Below are positions 39,053 to 52,089 of a DNA stretch of 64,000 bases, piece after piece. Position numbers and translations under genes: made by a program. This stretch comes from Camelus ferus (taxonomy: Eukaryota), in the NCBI RefSeq assembly GCF_009834535.1, contig NC_045698.1, positions 4,032,001 to 4,096,000 on the forward strand, written 5' to 3'. Every line of letters begins with the position of its first letter. The stretch's first letter is position 1. The notes under the pieces are model-generated. The model searched no databases and was not told the origin of the DNA. It was given only the letters and a program-made list of their open reading frames with translations.

Positions 39053-39712
39053 CTTCACTTGGAACGATGATCTCTAGGTCCATCCATGTTGCTGCTGATG
39101 GCATTATTTTATTTTTTTATGGCTGAGTAGTATTCTGTTGTATAAATATATCACAACTTCTTTATCCAGTCATCTGTTGATGGACATTTAGGCTGTTTCC
39201 ATGCCTTGGCTATTGTATATAGTGCTGCTATGAACACTGGGGTGCATGTATCTTTTTGAATTAGAGTAGATCGTCATTCCAAGTGAAGTAAGCCAGAAAT
39301 AGAAAGAAAAATACCATATGATATCACTTACATGTGGAATCCAAGGAAAGGAAAAAACGGAACACTAATGAACTCATCTGTAAAACAGAAACAGACTCGC
39401 AGGCATAGTAAACAATCGTATGGTTACCAGGGGGAAAGGGAGTGTGAAGGGATAAATTTGGGAGTTTGAGATTTGCAAATGTTAGCCACTATATATATAA
39501 AAGTAGATAAAAAACCAAATTTCTTCTGTGTAGCACAGGGAACTATGTTCAATATCTTGTAATAACCTTTAATGAAAAAGAATATGAAATGAATATATGT
39601 ATGTATATATATATATATACATGACTGAGATATTATGCTGTACACCAGAAATTGACACATTATAACTGACTGTACTTCAGTAAAAAAAAAAAAAGACACC
39701 CCCCCCCAAAAA
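39053..39712. mobile_element. Short L1 with 5' inversion (39053-39267 minus; 39268-39712 plus)
   Basis: Same family as the 3381 fragment; A-tail; 13-bp TSD aaagagcagagct/aaagaacagagct (39042-39054, 39713-39725). Confidence 0.92.
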
Positions 39713-41349
39713 AAAGAACAGAGCTACCATATGCCTTAAAGAAATGGAAATAAATAGTGAGTGAGATCAAAAACAATGGGAAAACTCATCTTTGGATTCC
39801 TCCACAATTCAAGACAGACTACCCTGCAGGTGTTAGGTTGACACAAATCTTCAGTTCTCATGAGTTGTTCTTTAAGACAACAGGGTGTAACTGATCACAC
39901 AGCTGAAGCTGTCCCCAGTTGTCCTCTGGACCAAAGCTCTTCTAATACACAGTAGGGTAGAGTTCATCAAGAATGGGTTTGGAATGAAAACACAGAAATT
40001 CAGGAATGTACATGAGGTCACACTACAAAGCCAAAAATAAAATACAATTCTTGGGTTTCATAGTTCAGTGTGGGACCCTCCACGTAATGTCAGTATAGTC
40101 ATGCTGAGGGGCTGCACTGTCCAGCACCTTCTGTCCAGGAAGAAAGGGTTGTTTATCACCAACCCCAGGTGGCAGGTGACCCACTACCTTCTTGGTACTG
40201 GAAGTACCACTCATGGCATTTCAACAAAAGACTTTTGCCACCATAAATGTCTCAGGCTTGCTTTGGCATTTCCTCAGCCTCCCAAACTTTTCCCCACTTC
40301 TCCCCTAATCCTTCGTTAAACACAGCCTCTGTGCTCTGCCATTCAGAGATCGTAACAAGGTAAGAGGGAGAGGAGATTTCACACTTTCTTTTGATGCATT
40401 GAAAATGGCTTTGAGTTCTGAGTCTCTGCTTCTGAGTCCTACATGGAATGACATTGATGGATAGCTAAGAAAGTTGACTATTGTCTGAACAAAAAGTAAC
40501 ACTCATTTTCTTAAAACTCATTTTAAGGGAGTGAGGGGTGAGGGGCATAGAATGACTCTTCAAATTATGTTTAAAGCTGGAAATGGTTTTCTATTGCTAA
40601 GCTCCAGAAGTGATATATGGTACAGAAAGCAGGAAGACAAAATTTCCATGACTTAAATACAGAAATATTCTTTGAGTGTCTGTTTCATAAAAGAGGATGG
40701 CACTTCAGGACTTTTCATAAGATAGGCTACATTTTGAGATGTTTATTTTTTTAATATTTGGTTATTCAGTCTAGTCCCTTTCTGTTTAAAATTGAAGTCT
40801 GACACGTGGTTGTATAATGTGATTTCCATCTTAGTGAAAGGAAGCCCCAAAGCTATTATATCCTCACAGGGCCCTAGCAGCCTGCACACTTACAGCCCCT
40901 GTGGATCAAAACATTGACAGAAACAGGCTGATTGATGACTCCCTGAAGACGAATTTCACTTCTAGGAGGAGGCAGGATTAGATTTTTAAAAGGCTCGCAA
41001 TCTAGGAAAATAGACCTAAGAGAGGAAGGTGACAGTGAGAAAGCCCTTTGCCGTATTTCATTCTGGAGCTCTCAGCTGGGCACACCAGAGCCAGTCCAGT
41101 AAGTGGGCCACGGCAGCTTGATTGGGAGGGTGTCTGATCAAATATATTGGTCAGTCCAGGTCAGCAAAAGGACACGTAGGTCAGAAGAGCTCTGATCTCA
41201 ACTGGGGCTTAGAAAGGACAAGGGTGGGCCAACCCCCGGGTGCATGGCATCGTGGGCACCTCAAGTGTCTCCAACAATATTCCAAAACATCCACCATAAA
41301 GTCAGATTTTTTTCTTTGCCATCAACATGCCTATATCAGTGTCTACACC

Positions 41350-41797
41350 TGTGTGGGACAGAATCATAGCCCCTAAAGATGGCCCCACCAGAATGATCTT
41401 ACAAGGTTAAAGGGACTTCACAGATGGTGTTAAGAATTTTGATTTGAGAGATTAGCCTGGATTCTCCAGGGAGACCCAGTCTAGTTGCATGGGTCCTTCA
41501 AAAGTGGAGAAGCCCTTCTTATGGTGGTCAGTCAGAGGGAAGATGTGACATCTCTGGCTTTGAAGACAGGGAAGAGGTCACAAGCCAAAGAATGTGGGTG
41601 CCCTCTAGATGCTGGAAAAGATAGGAAAGGATTCTCTCCAAGAGCCTACAGAAAGGAAGGCAGCTGATGACTCCTTAATGTTGGCCCAGTTGGACCTGTG
41701 TCGGATTCTGACTTCCAGACCTGCAAGACGATACACATGTGTGTTTTAAGTCACAGGAGGTGCAGTGATATGTTACAGCAGTGATAGAAATTAATAC
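41350..41797 (+). mobile_element. MaLR LTR (MLT1D-like)
   Basis: aagggacttcacagatg..agattagcctggatt..ctggctttgaaga..agccaaagaatgtggg..gttacagcag..taataca. Confidence 0.82.
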
Positions 41798-42149
41798 AGC
41801 ACCTAAAGTCACCTCCACAGGAATGAGTTGTCACAGAATCTGTGCATGGTGACATCCCAGGTGGTCACCAACGTGGCATGGACCCACATGGCATTCCAAG
41901 GAGCCCCCTTTCTAGAACATCTCAGCAGCCAGAAGCCAGTCCAAAAGACAAGCCTCTCCGAGATGGGCTACAGAATGTGGCTCACGTGTCAGCATCAGCA
42001 ACCTGCACAGCGTTTCGGGCAGCGCCACGTCAGAGGAGGGAGGGCAGGCAGTAGCCTCTGGGTCCGACCGGGAGTCTAGGGAATGCTCAGATAGTAGGAT
42101 GAAGGAGAGAGGGAAGAATAAATACCACTTGCCGGATGCTTGCTGAGCA

Positions 42150-42290
42150 TCGCTTCTCTATTTGATGCGTATTATCCCAAGATCCTTGCAACTCTGTAAG
42201 GTATGCACACCATCATCCCCACTGCGCAGCAGAGAAACTGAGGCTGGGTGACATTCCCGAGGTCACACAGCTAGCGAGTGGCATTGCGTG
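42150..42290 (-). mobile_element. MIR SINE
   Basis: gagaaactgaggct..cccgaggtcacacagctagcgagtggc. Confidence 0.75.
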
Positions 42291-44764
42291 TCTACAGCCT
42301 GCAGTCCCAACCTTAGTCCCGCAGGTCCTGATGTTGGGAGATGCCACGGCAGCCACATAATGGGAAAAATACCTGGTGGGGGCAGGGCTGGGGAGCCTGC
42401 TACATTATATTGGCGTTCAGAATGCCTTAAAGTTCTGATAGTGATTTTTTTATTATTGATTTTATTCTTACTGGTTTTACTGTTGTTAGAGTGTTATTAA
42501 CAGGGTTAGATCTGCATTATGCAATCAGATTATTCATTTTAAGCATTTATTTATATCAAATTTTACTTCTAACTTCCTTGGGCATTGCGACGAGTTTTCA
42601 GTGAAGGTCACGTTCTGATTTATCATTCTCAAAGTCCCCTCGAGGTCCTGCTTCTGAGACCACCATTGTTTTGTCCCCTTATGTCTTCTTTCCCCTTTTT
42701 CCCTCTGTGCAGAGGAGAAAGAGAACAGCTCTCACTATATGACCACCCCCAAGCCCTCCTCACGCAGAATGATGCCAGCTTAGGGCCCTGGGAGCACACA
42801 GGGCTACAAAGTGGCAGGTCATTCCCTGCGAGTGCCCAGGAGGAGAGACGTTGCGGTGTTTTCTGTCGGCTGGCCTCATGCAATTTCTAGCCACACTTCA
42901 AAATAGATGGAGAGGTGACTGTGGAACAAAGGTGATGGATGCGTTGCTAAAATAACTTGGTGGGGAAATGAATTAGATAAACAGTAAGGTTTTATCTACA
43001 GCCTGTCTGGAGTAGCGCCTCCAGGATTCTGTTTCTACATAGAATTTAATCAGAAGCTTCTAGAAAGGCACTCGTCCCCTTTCTGTGGCTTGTCATCAAT
43101 GTTTACCCACTCCATTCACAGCAAGCGCATAATTACCTGTCGTGTGCCTTCTGCTAGGGTTCAGAGGAAGCAGCAGGAAGACTGACTGAGAGACGTGAAA
43201 ACCAGTGTCACATTTCAAGCATTTATTTTCCTAGTAGCTTAACAGAGAGACTCTAGGAAAAAAGTAATTTTTTTAAAAGACAAGTTTGGCTGGAAACTGC
43301 TTTCCAGCCACTGTAGAGAGAAGTTCCAGAGCCCACACGTGGCATTTCTTTATAGGGAGGGATGCCTTTTCCTGGACTGCAGGAGGGAGAGGAAAAATGG
43401 CAGCTGCTTCAAAGGACCACAGCTCCATTCAGGTCCTTTAGCTGCAGGTGCCAGAGAGGGCTGGAGGCAGCCAGAAGCCGGCTTTCCTGCCTCCCTGGCA
43501 AATGTGCCAAGGCAAAAGCCAGGAGCTAGTGCAATCAGTTAGCTAGGAAGCACAGGAGTGAGGTGAACGAATGGACTTCCCATCTTCACACGTGCAGACG
43601 GCATGAAAAACATCTCCAGGTTCAAACTGATTTGAAGGTAAATCTTTCATGGAATTTCCCTTTATTTTCTGTTACTAGATTAAAAAGCAAAACAATGCAA
43701 AACAACAACAACAAAAAACACTCACCAAGCTGCATCCACTGGTCCACACACACAGGGATGTCAGGATGACTTCCACTCTCACCCCCTTTCCCTTCTCCAC
43801 TGCCGTCTGGCCCTTCCTCCAGGTCTGACCTCTTCTCCTCCAGCCTCTAGCCCTGTTCCATCCTCCTGCGGTGGAGGGTCTGTTTTTGGTTTGGGTCTCT
43901 TCTCCCAGGCTGGCCCCACTTGCAGGACTGCTACAATCCCAGCTAAACTCCGAGCCCTCTGCCCACACCTGGAGGTCAAAACACACAGGCTACGTTTGCT
44001 TCGTTCATTGCTGGTTTCTGCTGCCTTATCTTTGCCCCCTTCTCTGCTCTCCGCTCTGCTTGTCTCTGGATTAGCAGTCGAATCTGCTTCTTTTGATGTT
44101 TAGATCATTCCTGGGAGAGACGCCCGGATGGGTTCTGTAATGAGGGGCTGTGAGAGCTGCCTTGGATGGGAGGCTGTGGTCAACTACCTGCAGAAGCGGT
44201 CCCCTGTGTGGTTATCTACCTGCAGACGCGGTCCCCCATCATCAGCCTTCACTGCCCCCCGCGGGGTTGGAGCAGTCTTGGAGCATAGGACTCACTGCAC
44301 TGTGAACCCCTTGAGGACAAGGGGTGAGTTTTATGGATCTGGATTCCCCAGCTGAGTGCTGAGCCTGTCATAAGCTTTCAAGGAACATTTGCTAAGTGGC
44401 TGAATTAATAAATGAGTTTCTAGATGAGTGCACCTCTATCCACACATGCTCAGCAGTGGTTTTGCCCTGGAGATGTAGCTTTTGGAAGTGCTGGAAGTTT
44501 GGCTAAAATTTCAGAATTTTCCTAAGGCTCAGTGCCTTCTCCATCAGTTTGGTGATTATCTTCTCTCCCTCTTGGTCCTTTTCCAGGAAACATCTGGGGA
44601 AGGTACCTGAACCCTCTCCCCACAACAGGTGTAGACTGAGGGCTGGGCGACTGTGCTTGGTGGACTGTGTTCTGGGTGTGAATGTTGTTGCCTCCACCTT
44701 CAGGAGTAGCATGAGGGCAGGCAAATTGTTTTTAACAATAAAATAATTGTTTTAATTTGCTAAG

Positions 44765-44890
44765 TTTCAGCTTAATCTGTAAAAGGTGCAACTGTAAAAT
44801 AGAGACCGTAATAGGACTTAATAAGGTAACCCCTATAAAGCAGTCGACGTGGAGCCGACACATAGTATGTGCTCAAAGGCGGTAGCTGGT
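44765..44890 (+). mobile_element. MIR SINE followed by a (GAT)n tail
   Basis: atctgtaaaa..gacacatagtatgtgctcaaa..gtagct. Confidence 0.6.
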
Positions 44891-45699
44891 TTGATGATGA
44901 CGATGATGATGATGATTTAGTATCCATTACTCCACCCACTGCAAGAGAGTCCATCTTACAGTGGATGAGTCCATCTTACTGATGGAGACTTGAGTTTCTG
45001 GAAGTTGAGTGAATTCTGAGAGGGTCTGTCTGCCCCCGTCCAGCCTTCACTTCACAGCAGGTGACTGCAAAAATAAGCCACACAGACCCGCAGAGAGAGC
45101 GCTCCCCTCTGAAGGTGCTGGAGCACTCACGGTAACATCAGTTGCTTTCCGCCGTGCTCTCTGCATCCTTCGCCGTCATCTCTATTTTAGCGAGCGCTGC
45201 TATCTACCTTAAGGTGCTGTCTATTCAGATCTCCCTCAAGCTGGGTGTGATCAGCCACACAAGGACCGCCTGGCATTTCATGCCCTCCCCTTACTCTTTA
45301 TAAAGGCATAACCCTTTCTCACCTCCACTCTTTCCTTAAGCTAAGTCATGCTTACCCCCAAAACTCTCAAGATGACTACCACCCCCCAGGCTGGCTACTT
45401 GCCCTCCACCAGGCTCAGCACCACCTAGTACCCGTCACCTCCCAACTACGGAAAATAATACTCTCCCTGCAGTGGGCATGTGCTGCGTGGGAGGACACAT
45501 GCCCACTTTATCTCACTGAATGCTACAATCAATTATTGATTAGGGTATTGCTGTCTCTCCGGCTAGTCACTATTTTGAGAGTTGAGAACTCTAGTAGTGT
45601 TTGCAACTCTCTTCCTATTGCACAGCTACAAGGGGTGGGGATAGGTCTGAACCCAGGGCAAATGACTTAAAAAGATGTCGTCGACGGCTTCCCACTGTA

Positions 45700-45860
45700 C
45701 TATCAACTGCAAGTTCCTGAAGGTGAGAGACTACGTTCTATTTGAATTTTAATTGCAAGTACCCAGCCCGATGCTTAGCACAGAGCCTGGCATAGGAAGA
45801 CTGTTAATTGCGTTATTTCACACCTATGCACAGATGCTCACTAAATGTCGGGGGAATAAA
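45700..45860 (+). mobile_element. L2 3' end
   Basis: aagttcctgaagg..gcttagcacagagcctggcatag..gctcactaaatgt. Confidence 0.6.
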
Positions 45861-46050
45861 TGGGAGAAGTCAGCAATCTAGGCTTACCCATCTCACTGGG
45901 TGGCCCAGGACCTGTAAACACAGAGTGGGGAACAATAACTGAGGGTTGAATTTAATTGAAATGAGACTGAAAAAGACTAGGAGCTAGAAATTATTCAAGA
46001 GAAGTGAAAACAAGCTGATGGTTTTCAAGTCTCCTGGCATTAAGGAAAGT

Positions 46051-46380
46051 TGTAGTGGGAATAAAGTGCTAAAGGTCTGCCATAGACACGCGGAACAATT
46101 TGAACCTCTGAGTGGTAATCGAACCCCAGCCTCTCTCCAGGAGCTCATTTTAGAGAAGAAACAAGGAATTAAAATGCAAGACTGTGGATTGCACCAAGCT
46201 CATCATGAGCCCCTGACAAACTACAATTCCTCTGACTTGTTTGAAATAACTGTGCTGAGAATGTATTCTGTTTCCCCTTTGAGATTTCCTCTCCCCCAGC
46301 CACTCAGCCCACTCTGCGATGCCCATGCTAAGCCCTACAAATTGCATCAAAAGGTCTCCCTGGTCCTCCAGCTTCAGGTT
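46051..46380 (+). mobile_element. Probable ERV LTR fragment
   Basis: Starts tgtagtggga and has LTR-like composition; family not recognised. Confidence 0.3.
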
Positions 46381-46479
46381 GGGTCTGTCAATAGAATAGG
46401 GGGGCAGGGCACCTGTCAGTGGGGGAGGTGGGGGTGATGGGGGAGGTGGGGTAGTCCCGGCTCAACGTCCTGCTGTCTG

Positions 46480-47040
46480 CATGAGCCCAGCTGCCCCCCG
46501 ATGGCTTCCTCTTGCAGCCACAAACCTCTCCACGTTCCAGGACCAGCTCCTTCCCTTGCCCTTCAGATCAAGAGGAGATGACAGTTTCCAGGGATTGTGA
46601 GCCCTGGAACGCAACCATTAAACCCTCAGTTTTCCTTAACCCTGTCTTAACTTGTAAATAACCCTCATCAAACTCTGTTTATGGTTTTAAGCACACCACC
46701 TGTTTCCTGCACTCTTGCCAATGCAGTAACTGCTAAGGCCCCAAGATCGAGGTGGTTTAGCCCAAGAGAAGTTAACTCTCAATCAATCGTGTGAAGTCCA
46801 ACCACCAGATGTTTCTGTGAGCTGGAACCCAGGCTCCTTCCATCTGAGGGCTCTACCAACCCTTGGGCATCTAGGGATGGAGATTTTATGGGTCAGCCCT
46901 GGAAGTGGCATCTATCACTTTCTGGCATTCTGTTGGCCAGGACTTTGTCACCTGAGCACAGCTAAAAGCAGAGGAGACTGGAAACAGTCTAGCTGGTGCC
47001 CTGGAGATGGGCTTGGGGGGAAACAAGGCAACCTCTGCCA
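46480..47040. mobile_element. Old ERVL LTR 3' relic (plus) abutting an old MLT1 LTR (minus)
   Basis: ttgtaaataaccctcatcaaactc..ctgtttcctgc, then ggaagtggcatctatcactt..gcattctgttggccagga..gtcacctg. Confidence 0.5.
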
Positions 47041-47929
47041 TCCCGTTTCAAGACTGTAGACCCGTTTAATCAGTGCAGAAGATGTATTTTTGCTCCAATG
47101 TACAATATACCCTTTCGCAGCTGTGTCTGCATCCAGCAGAGCAGGTCTTGGGATGTGGTATGAAACAGGTACAGCTTGCTTGGTTTCCCAAAGATGGAGG
47201 CGTAGATCTACACCAAGCCAGCAGCAAAGATACTGGGATTCTAAAAACACCAGATTATTTACTTATCTTGTTGAGCCTGTAGGAAAGCAAGTGTCAGAGG
47301 GTAAACTGATCTGGAAGAGGACCACTGTGTGGTGGGGCAGCTAGGGGATTACAGGATAACTGGGGTGTACAGATGTTTCTACAGAGAAGTTGAGTAATGC
47401 TTGACTGTCGAAGTGACTTTCTTGTAATTTTTTCTGTTTTTTTTTTTAATGTTTTAATTCTCCAAGAGTGGCAATACAAATTCTACAATCTGAAAGTGTG
47501 GCCCACATGGAACCAGGAGATCTAGAGAGGAAACTCAAAGAACCAGGAAGAAATACACTTTTGGGGTACAATTTATAGTGTCTTTAGAGGAGAATTATTT
47601 GGCAGTTTTATGGTAAATGAAGCGTTCACTGAATTTCAGAAGTGGAAAAACCCTGTGATTTTTCCCGTGAGAAACTGTGGCTCTAGAAGTCTGGGTGATT
47701 TGCCTGTAGCCCCCGGCAGCTAGTGGAGGAGCAGGGGAGAAGCAGGGTGCCTTCCCCCCAGGTCCCGTGCACGACAGCTGCGTGCTCAGAGCCAGCGCAT
47801 CTCCAAGGCCACACCTCGCCAGACTGCTCCAGCTGGCCCTGGACTCCTGGAATATGCAGCTCGTCAACCCGGAGCTCCGTCCACAGTGAAGGACAATCAC
47901 TCTCCACACAGAAAGCAACAGACAAGGGA

Positions 47930-48180
47930 TTCACACTCCTTGGGAAGATTCTCAGAAATGGCTGGTGGAAGCCAACGAACCCATCAGAGATGACGGCCAC
48001 TCCGCTGACGGTGACGGTCTTGCCTTCCCTCTTCTAATTCCCCAGCCTCCACCATCGATTCCTGTTCCATCCAAAAGACAAAAACAAAAACAAAAACAAA
48101 AAACCCAAAACAAAACAAAAAAAACCTTCTTCCTAAATCCTTGCCTCAGGCTTTGCTCTGGGGAACTAAAATCAACTACA
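47930..48180 (+). mobile_element. Old ERVL-type LTR 3' part containing an (AAAAAC)n run
   Basis: Terminal motif aaatccttgcctcaggctttgctctggggaac..ca. Confidence 0.5.
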
Positions 48181-51075
48181 TGCGTCTTCGGGACCACCTT
48201 ACCCGGCGGAGCTACGACAGGCAATGTCCATTTCAGTGAGGTTGTGTATTCTTTCTTACCGTGTGGCTCCTTTCCAGATACAGCACTTGTTTCCAGGTAG
48301 GTCTGGATACACCTTTCAGCCAATAATTCCTTCCTCTTCATTTATCTTTGTAATGGTCACTGAATGAATGAATACTTGTGGACTTGGTGAAGAACTGAAT
48401 GGAAAGAACCCATGGATTTATAGCCAAAACAGGAAGAGAAATTTGGGCCATTTTGCAGTGAAATCATAATGAGTTAGAAAAGAAACAGAAATAATGAAGG
48501 GTTGATTTTCTGAAAGGAGACAGCTGGGAAATCATGCTAATAAATTCTGGTGGACAGAACCAGGCCCGTAGGACTAGAAAAAAAGCTGGGAGGAGATACC
48601 AGGAGGGGGCCCCGCGGTGTGGCAGTGAGGTGAGCATGTGTGAAACTCTGAGCAGACGTTCATTTTTGTTTTATTTTGGTGCAAAGGCCACAGCACCAAG
48701 GGAAGCAGCAGCTCCGGGGCCAGGGAGCAGCATCCAGAACTGGCCACACTCGCCCCTCAGGGAGGGATCACAGACTCTGTGGACCTGGGCGTCTCCCTCT
48801 GTGAATAGAAATCTCAGCAAAAGAGAAGATGAGGAGTCCAGACCCTTTCAGTCACCCCCAGGCTGACGTGAGATCACGTGTGTCATGTGATAGCATGAGA
48901 CTCCTCAAAGTTCAGAATGCCATCCTACGTGCTGGCACAAACGTCCTCCTGCATCTCAGCCCCCCAGTCATGGAAGCCCAGCTCTTGGCTTCATCCTGTC
49001 TTGTGGTCAGATTCGCGCCCCTGTTCTCAGCATGCTGAGCTCACCACTTTGTGCCCAATGGTCTTTCTTTCTAATGAATGGTACTCGTTTATCAAAATGC
49101 ATCCTGAGGAAAATGTCAGTTTGAGCCCTTTGTATAGATGTGGATTTTACTATAAAGGCAGAGCATGGCCCTTCCTGGGTACCAGCCTCAGAGCCTCACG
49201 CAAGGGGAAGGACTTCAGACACCAGGTGCTCCGGAGAAGGGTGGACTGGGGTCTGACCTGTTCTCAGCACCTAAATGAGCCACTGTTTCCACCATCATTC
49301 CTGACCTGGTCAGGAACTGGTCCTAGAGGCTCCCTGGGACCTTGTGTTCAGCGTGTGATAGCTCTGAAGACAACTGGTGTACCTGTACACTCACCTGTCC
49401 ATGTATTTCTCTGCACGGTGAACACCTACAGGACACAGGCTGATTTTCACAATATTTTATCTCAGTGCTTAATGCAATGCTTGGCACTCAGTACCATGTA
49501 GCCAAAGACCTGCACAGTCTTTGCCAGTCTCAATGGAAACTCTTTCTTTTCTTCCTGGACCCTTGGGACTTTGAGTGATCTCTCTCTCTCTCTCCTTAAC
49601 TCACTGTACTTGGCTCCACTTGTCTGTTTCGGTTGTTTGTTTTTAAACATCTTCCATCTGTATCCATTTTCATGGTCAGCGGCTTTCTCCCCAACTCCCA
49701 GATCCTGCCAGCTACGACAGTGACTTCTGAGACACTTTACTGTTTTTAATATTTCAGCAGTTCAGTCAACATGGCAGAAGACAGAAAGAATTACCTTCCA
49801 CAGGCCTCATTTTGATCCTGACTTCTTCAGACAGGGTTTCATAATGTCTCAGTACTGCCTCTGAAATTTAATAAAACCCCAGTCTTGGCTCTAAGTTGGT
49901 TTACTGACTGACCCTCCATTACCCGAAACAAATCTTCTGTTAAATGCAATTAAAATTACTTGATTCCAACAAAAGACCTGCTGTGTAATCCTCCATTCTG
50001 GGTGGCCTCTCTTCCATCTGCATAGCATGTGCACCCTCCACGGGTTTCCTAATAGGCTTGCCACTGAACCTAGCTCCTCCCCTTTTCAAAACTCGCTTCT
50101 TTCTTCAGAGGTTCAAAGACAGACCAAGCCCACCCTGTAGGATCATTGCAATTATTCTAAACTCTGTTCCCATTACCCTAAGCATCTCCCAAGCTCATTC
50201 TTTGCTTTTTCTTCCTTCTGTGTTATTGTTTTTCATGAAATGCATGTGGTTGATGCATTTCTTCTATGGACTTGCATGTTCCCATCACTTGGTTTTTTAT
50301 CTATTTGGTTTTCTGGATATCAGGTCCCCTCAACCGAGACGCATGTCCTCACTTTCCTGTGGCAATTCCCTCAGACCTTCTAGAGTCCTCTGCACATCCA
50401 GTGTGTGCAGATGAAGAAGAGGATGATGAGGAGGAAGACATGACAAACAGGTCTGCCCAAGGGGCCTTAAAGTTTGCATTTGCCAAGAAAGCCATCTACC
50501 CCAAATGGAGGAAGATGTCCTTTGTCCAGCAAACCAAAGGATCTACAAATCCAATCCTTGGGCTTTACTCAAATAAATACCCAAGTATTTGCCTCAAAAT
50601 AGCTCATAATTGCAGTCTGGGGCAGCATGGTACTGTCATTGAGCTCTTCACTGGGATGCGTCCCAGGTGTGGAAGAGCACAGCGCACATGTTTATTTATC
50701 TAAGGAGCCTGGGGAGATGAAGTTCCTGAGGAAGGATTGGCCTTCTCCAAACCATCTCTCTGGGCTCTGGGGAGGAGAATGTCTTCCCCACTGAACTGAT
50801 TGAAGACCAAGAAGCTAGCCTTAGAGAAGGCGTCTGTCCTTCCTTTGGGAGGGAAGCCATTGCTGTCACTCTCTGGAAGGAAATAAAGACATAAGTTAAG
50901 GGCCTTGAGGAGAAACCTTTTGGCCTAACTTTAGGAATCAGGAAATGGTGCTCCCACCCAAACCCAATTTCCAAAACTTGAGAGAGTTTTCCACGGTCGT
51001 TAGGGTGCTACTGGCAGACGTGGTGATCTGAGGGATTTTGTGATCAATTTGGAAAATGTTCCATCTTCCTCCCAA

Positions 51076-52085
51076 TTTTTTTTATTGTGGTAAAATACAT
51101 AGAATGTAAAATTCAACACATTAACCATTTTTAAGTGTACAGTTCAGTGGTATCTAACAGATTTGAAATGCACAACCATCACCACATCCATCTCCAGAAC
51201 TCTTTTCATCTTGTGAAACAGAAACTCCATACTCATTAAACAGTAACTACCCTTTCCTCCTCTCCCCAGGCCCTGTGAACATCATTCTGCTTTATGTGTC
51301 TGTTAACTTTGTGTAAGTGGAATCATACTGCATTTGTCTTTTTGCGACTGGCTTAGTTCAATTACCATAGCATCCTCAATGTTCATGTTATGGTATGTGT
51401 CAGAATTTCCTTCACTTCTGAGGCTGAATAATATTCCAGTGAATGTTCAGTTGGCCCTTGAACATCATGGGGGTTAGGGCCGTCCAACAGCCATGCAACT
51501 GAAAATCCCCATATAAATTTACAGTCAGCCCTCAGTATCCGAACCTGCGGATTGTGTAGTACTGTAGTATGTGTTTAGTGGGAAAAAATCCACAAGCAAG
51601 TGGGCCCTCGCAGCTCACACCTGTGTTGTTCGAGGGCCAGCTGTATATGTCACATTTTGCTTGTCACTTGTCACTCAGTGAGCACTTGGGTTCCCTCATG
51701 CTTTGAGTGTTGTCAATACTGTTGCTACGAACATAAATGTATACATTTTAGAGACCCTGCTTTCAATTCTAGTGGAATTGCTAGAACACATGGCAATTCC
51801 ATTTTTTTTGAAGAAATGGCATACTGTTTTCCATAGCAACTGCACCATTTCACACTCCTACCAGCAGTGAACAAGAGTTCTGGCTAGTCCACACCCTCAC
51901 CAGCACTTGCTGCTGTGTGTTTGCTTGATGGCAGCCGTCCTAAGTGTGTGAAGTGATACCTCATTGTGGTTTGGGTTTGCATTTTCCTAACGATCAGTGA
52001 TTTTGAGCATCTTTTCATGTACTTATTAGACATTTGTGTATTTTCTTTGGAGAAATGTCTATCCAAGTTCTTTGCTGGTATTTGA
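51076..52085 (-). mobile_element. Old L1 3' fragment, interrupted by a Tigger MITE
   Basis: ttttattgtggtaaaatac..accatttttaagtgtacagttcagtgg; ttggagaaatgtctat; ORF track MDRHFSKENTQM..TMRYHFT. Confidence 0.87.
51448..51643. mobile_element. Tigger-family (TcMar) MITE
   Basis: Terminal inverted repeats cagttggcccttgaacatca / tgttgttcgagggccagctg; TA on the right flank. Confidence 0.85.
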
Positions 52086-52089
52086 ATCA

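Noticed and set aside
48917..49501. 194-aa ORF
   Set aside because: No recognisable homology or exon structure; the 3' part looks like L2-derived sequence.
50401..50456. Acidic DEEEDDEEED stretch as a possible micro-exon
   Set aside because: Weak acceptor and donor (cag/gtctgc) and no partner exons; more likely a GAR simple repeat.
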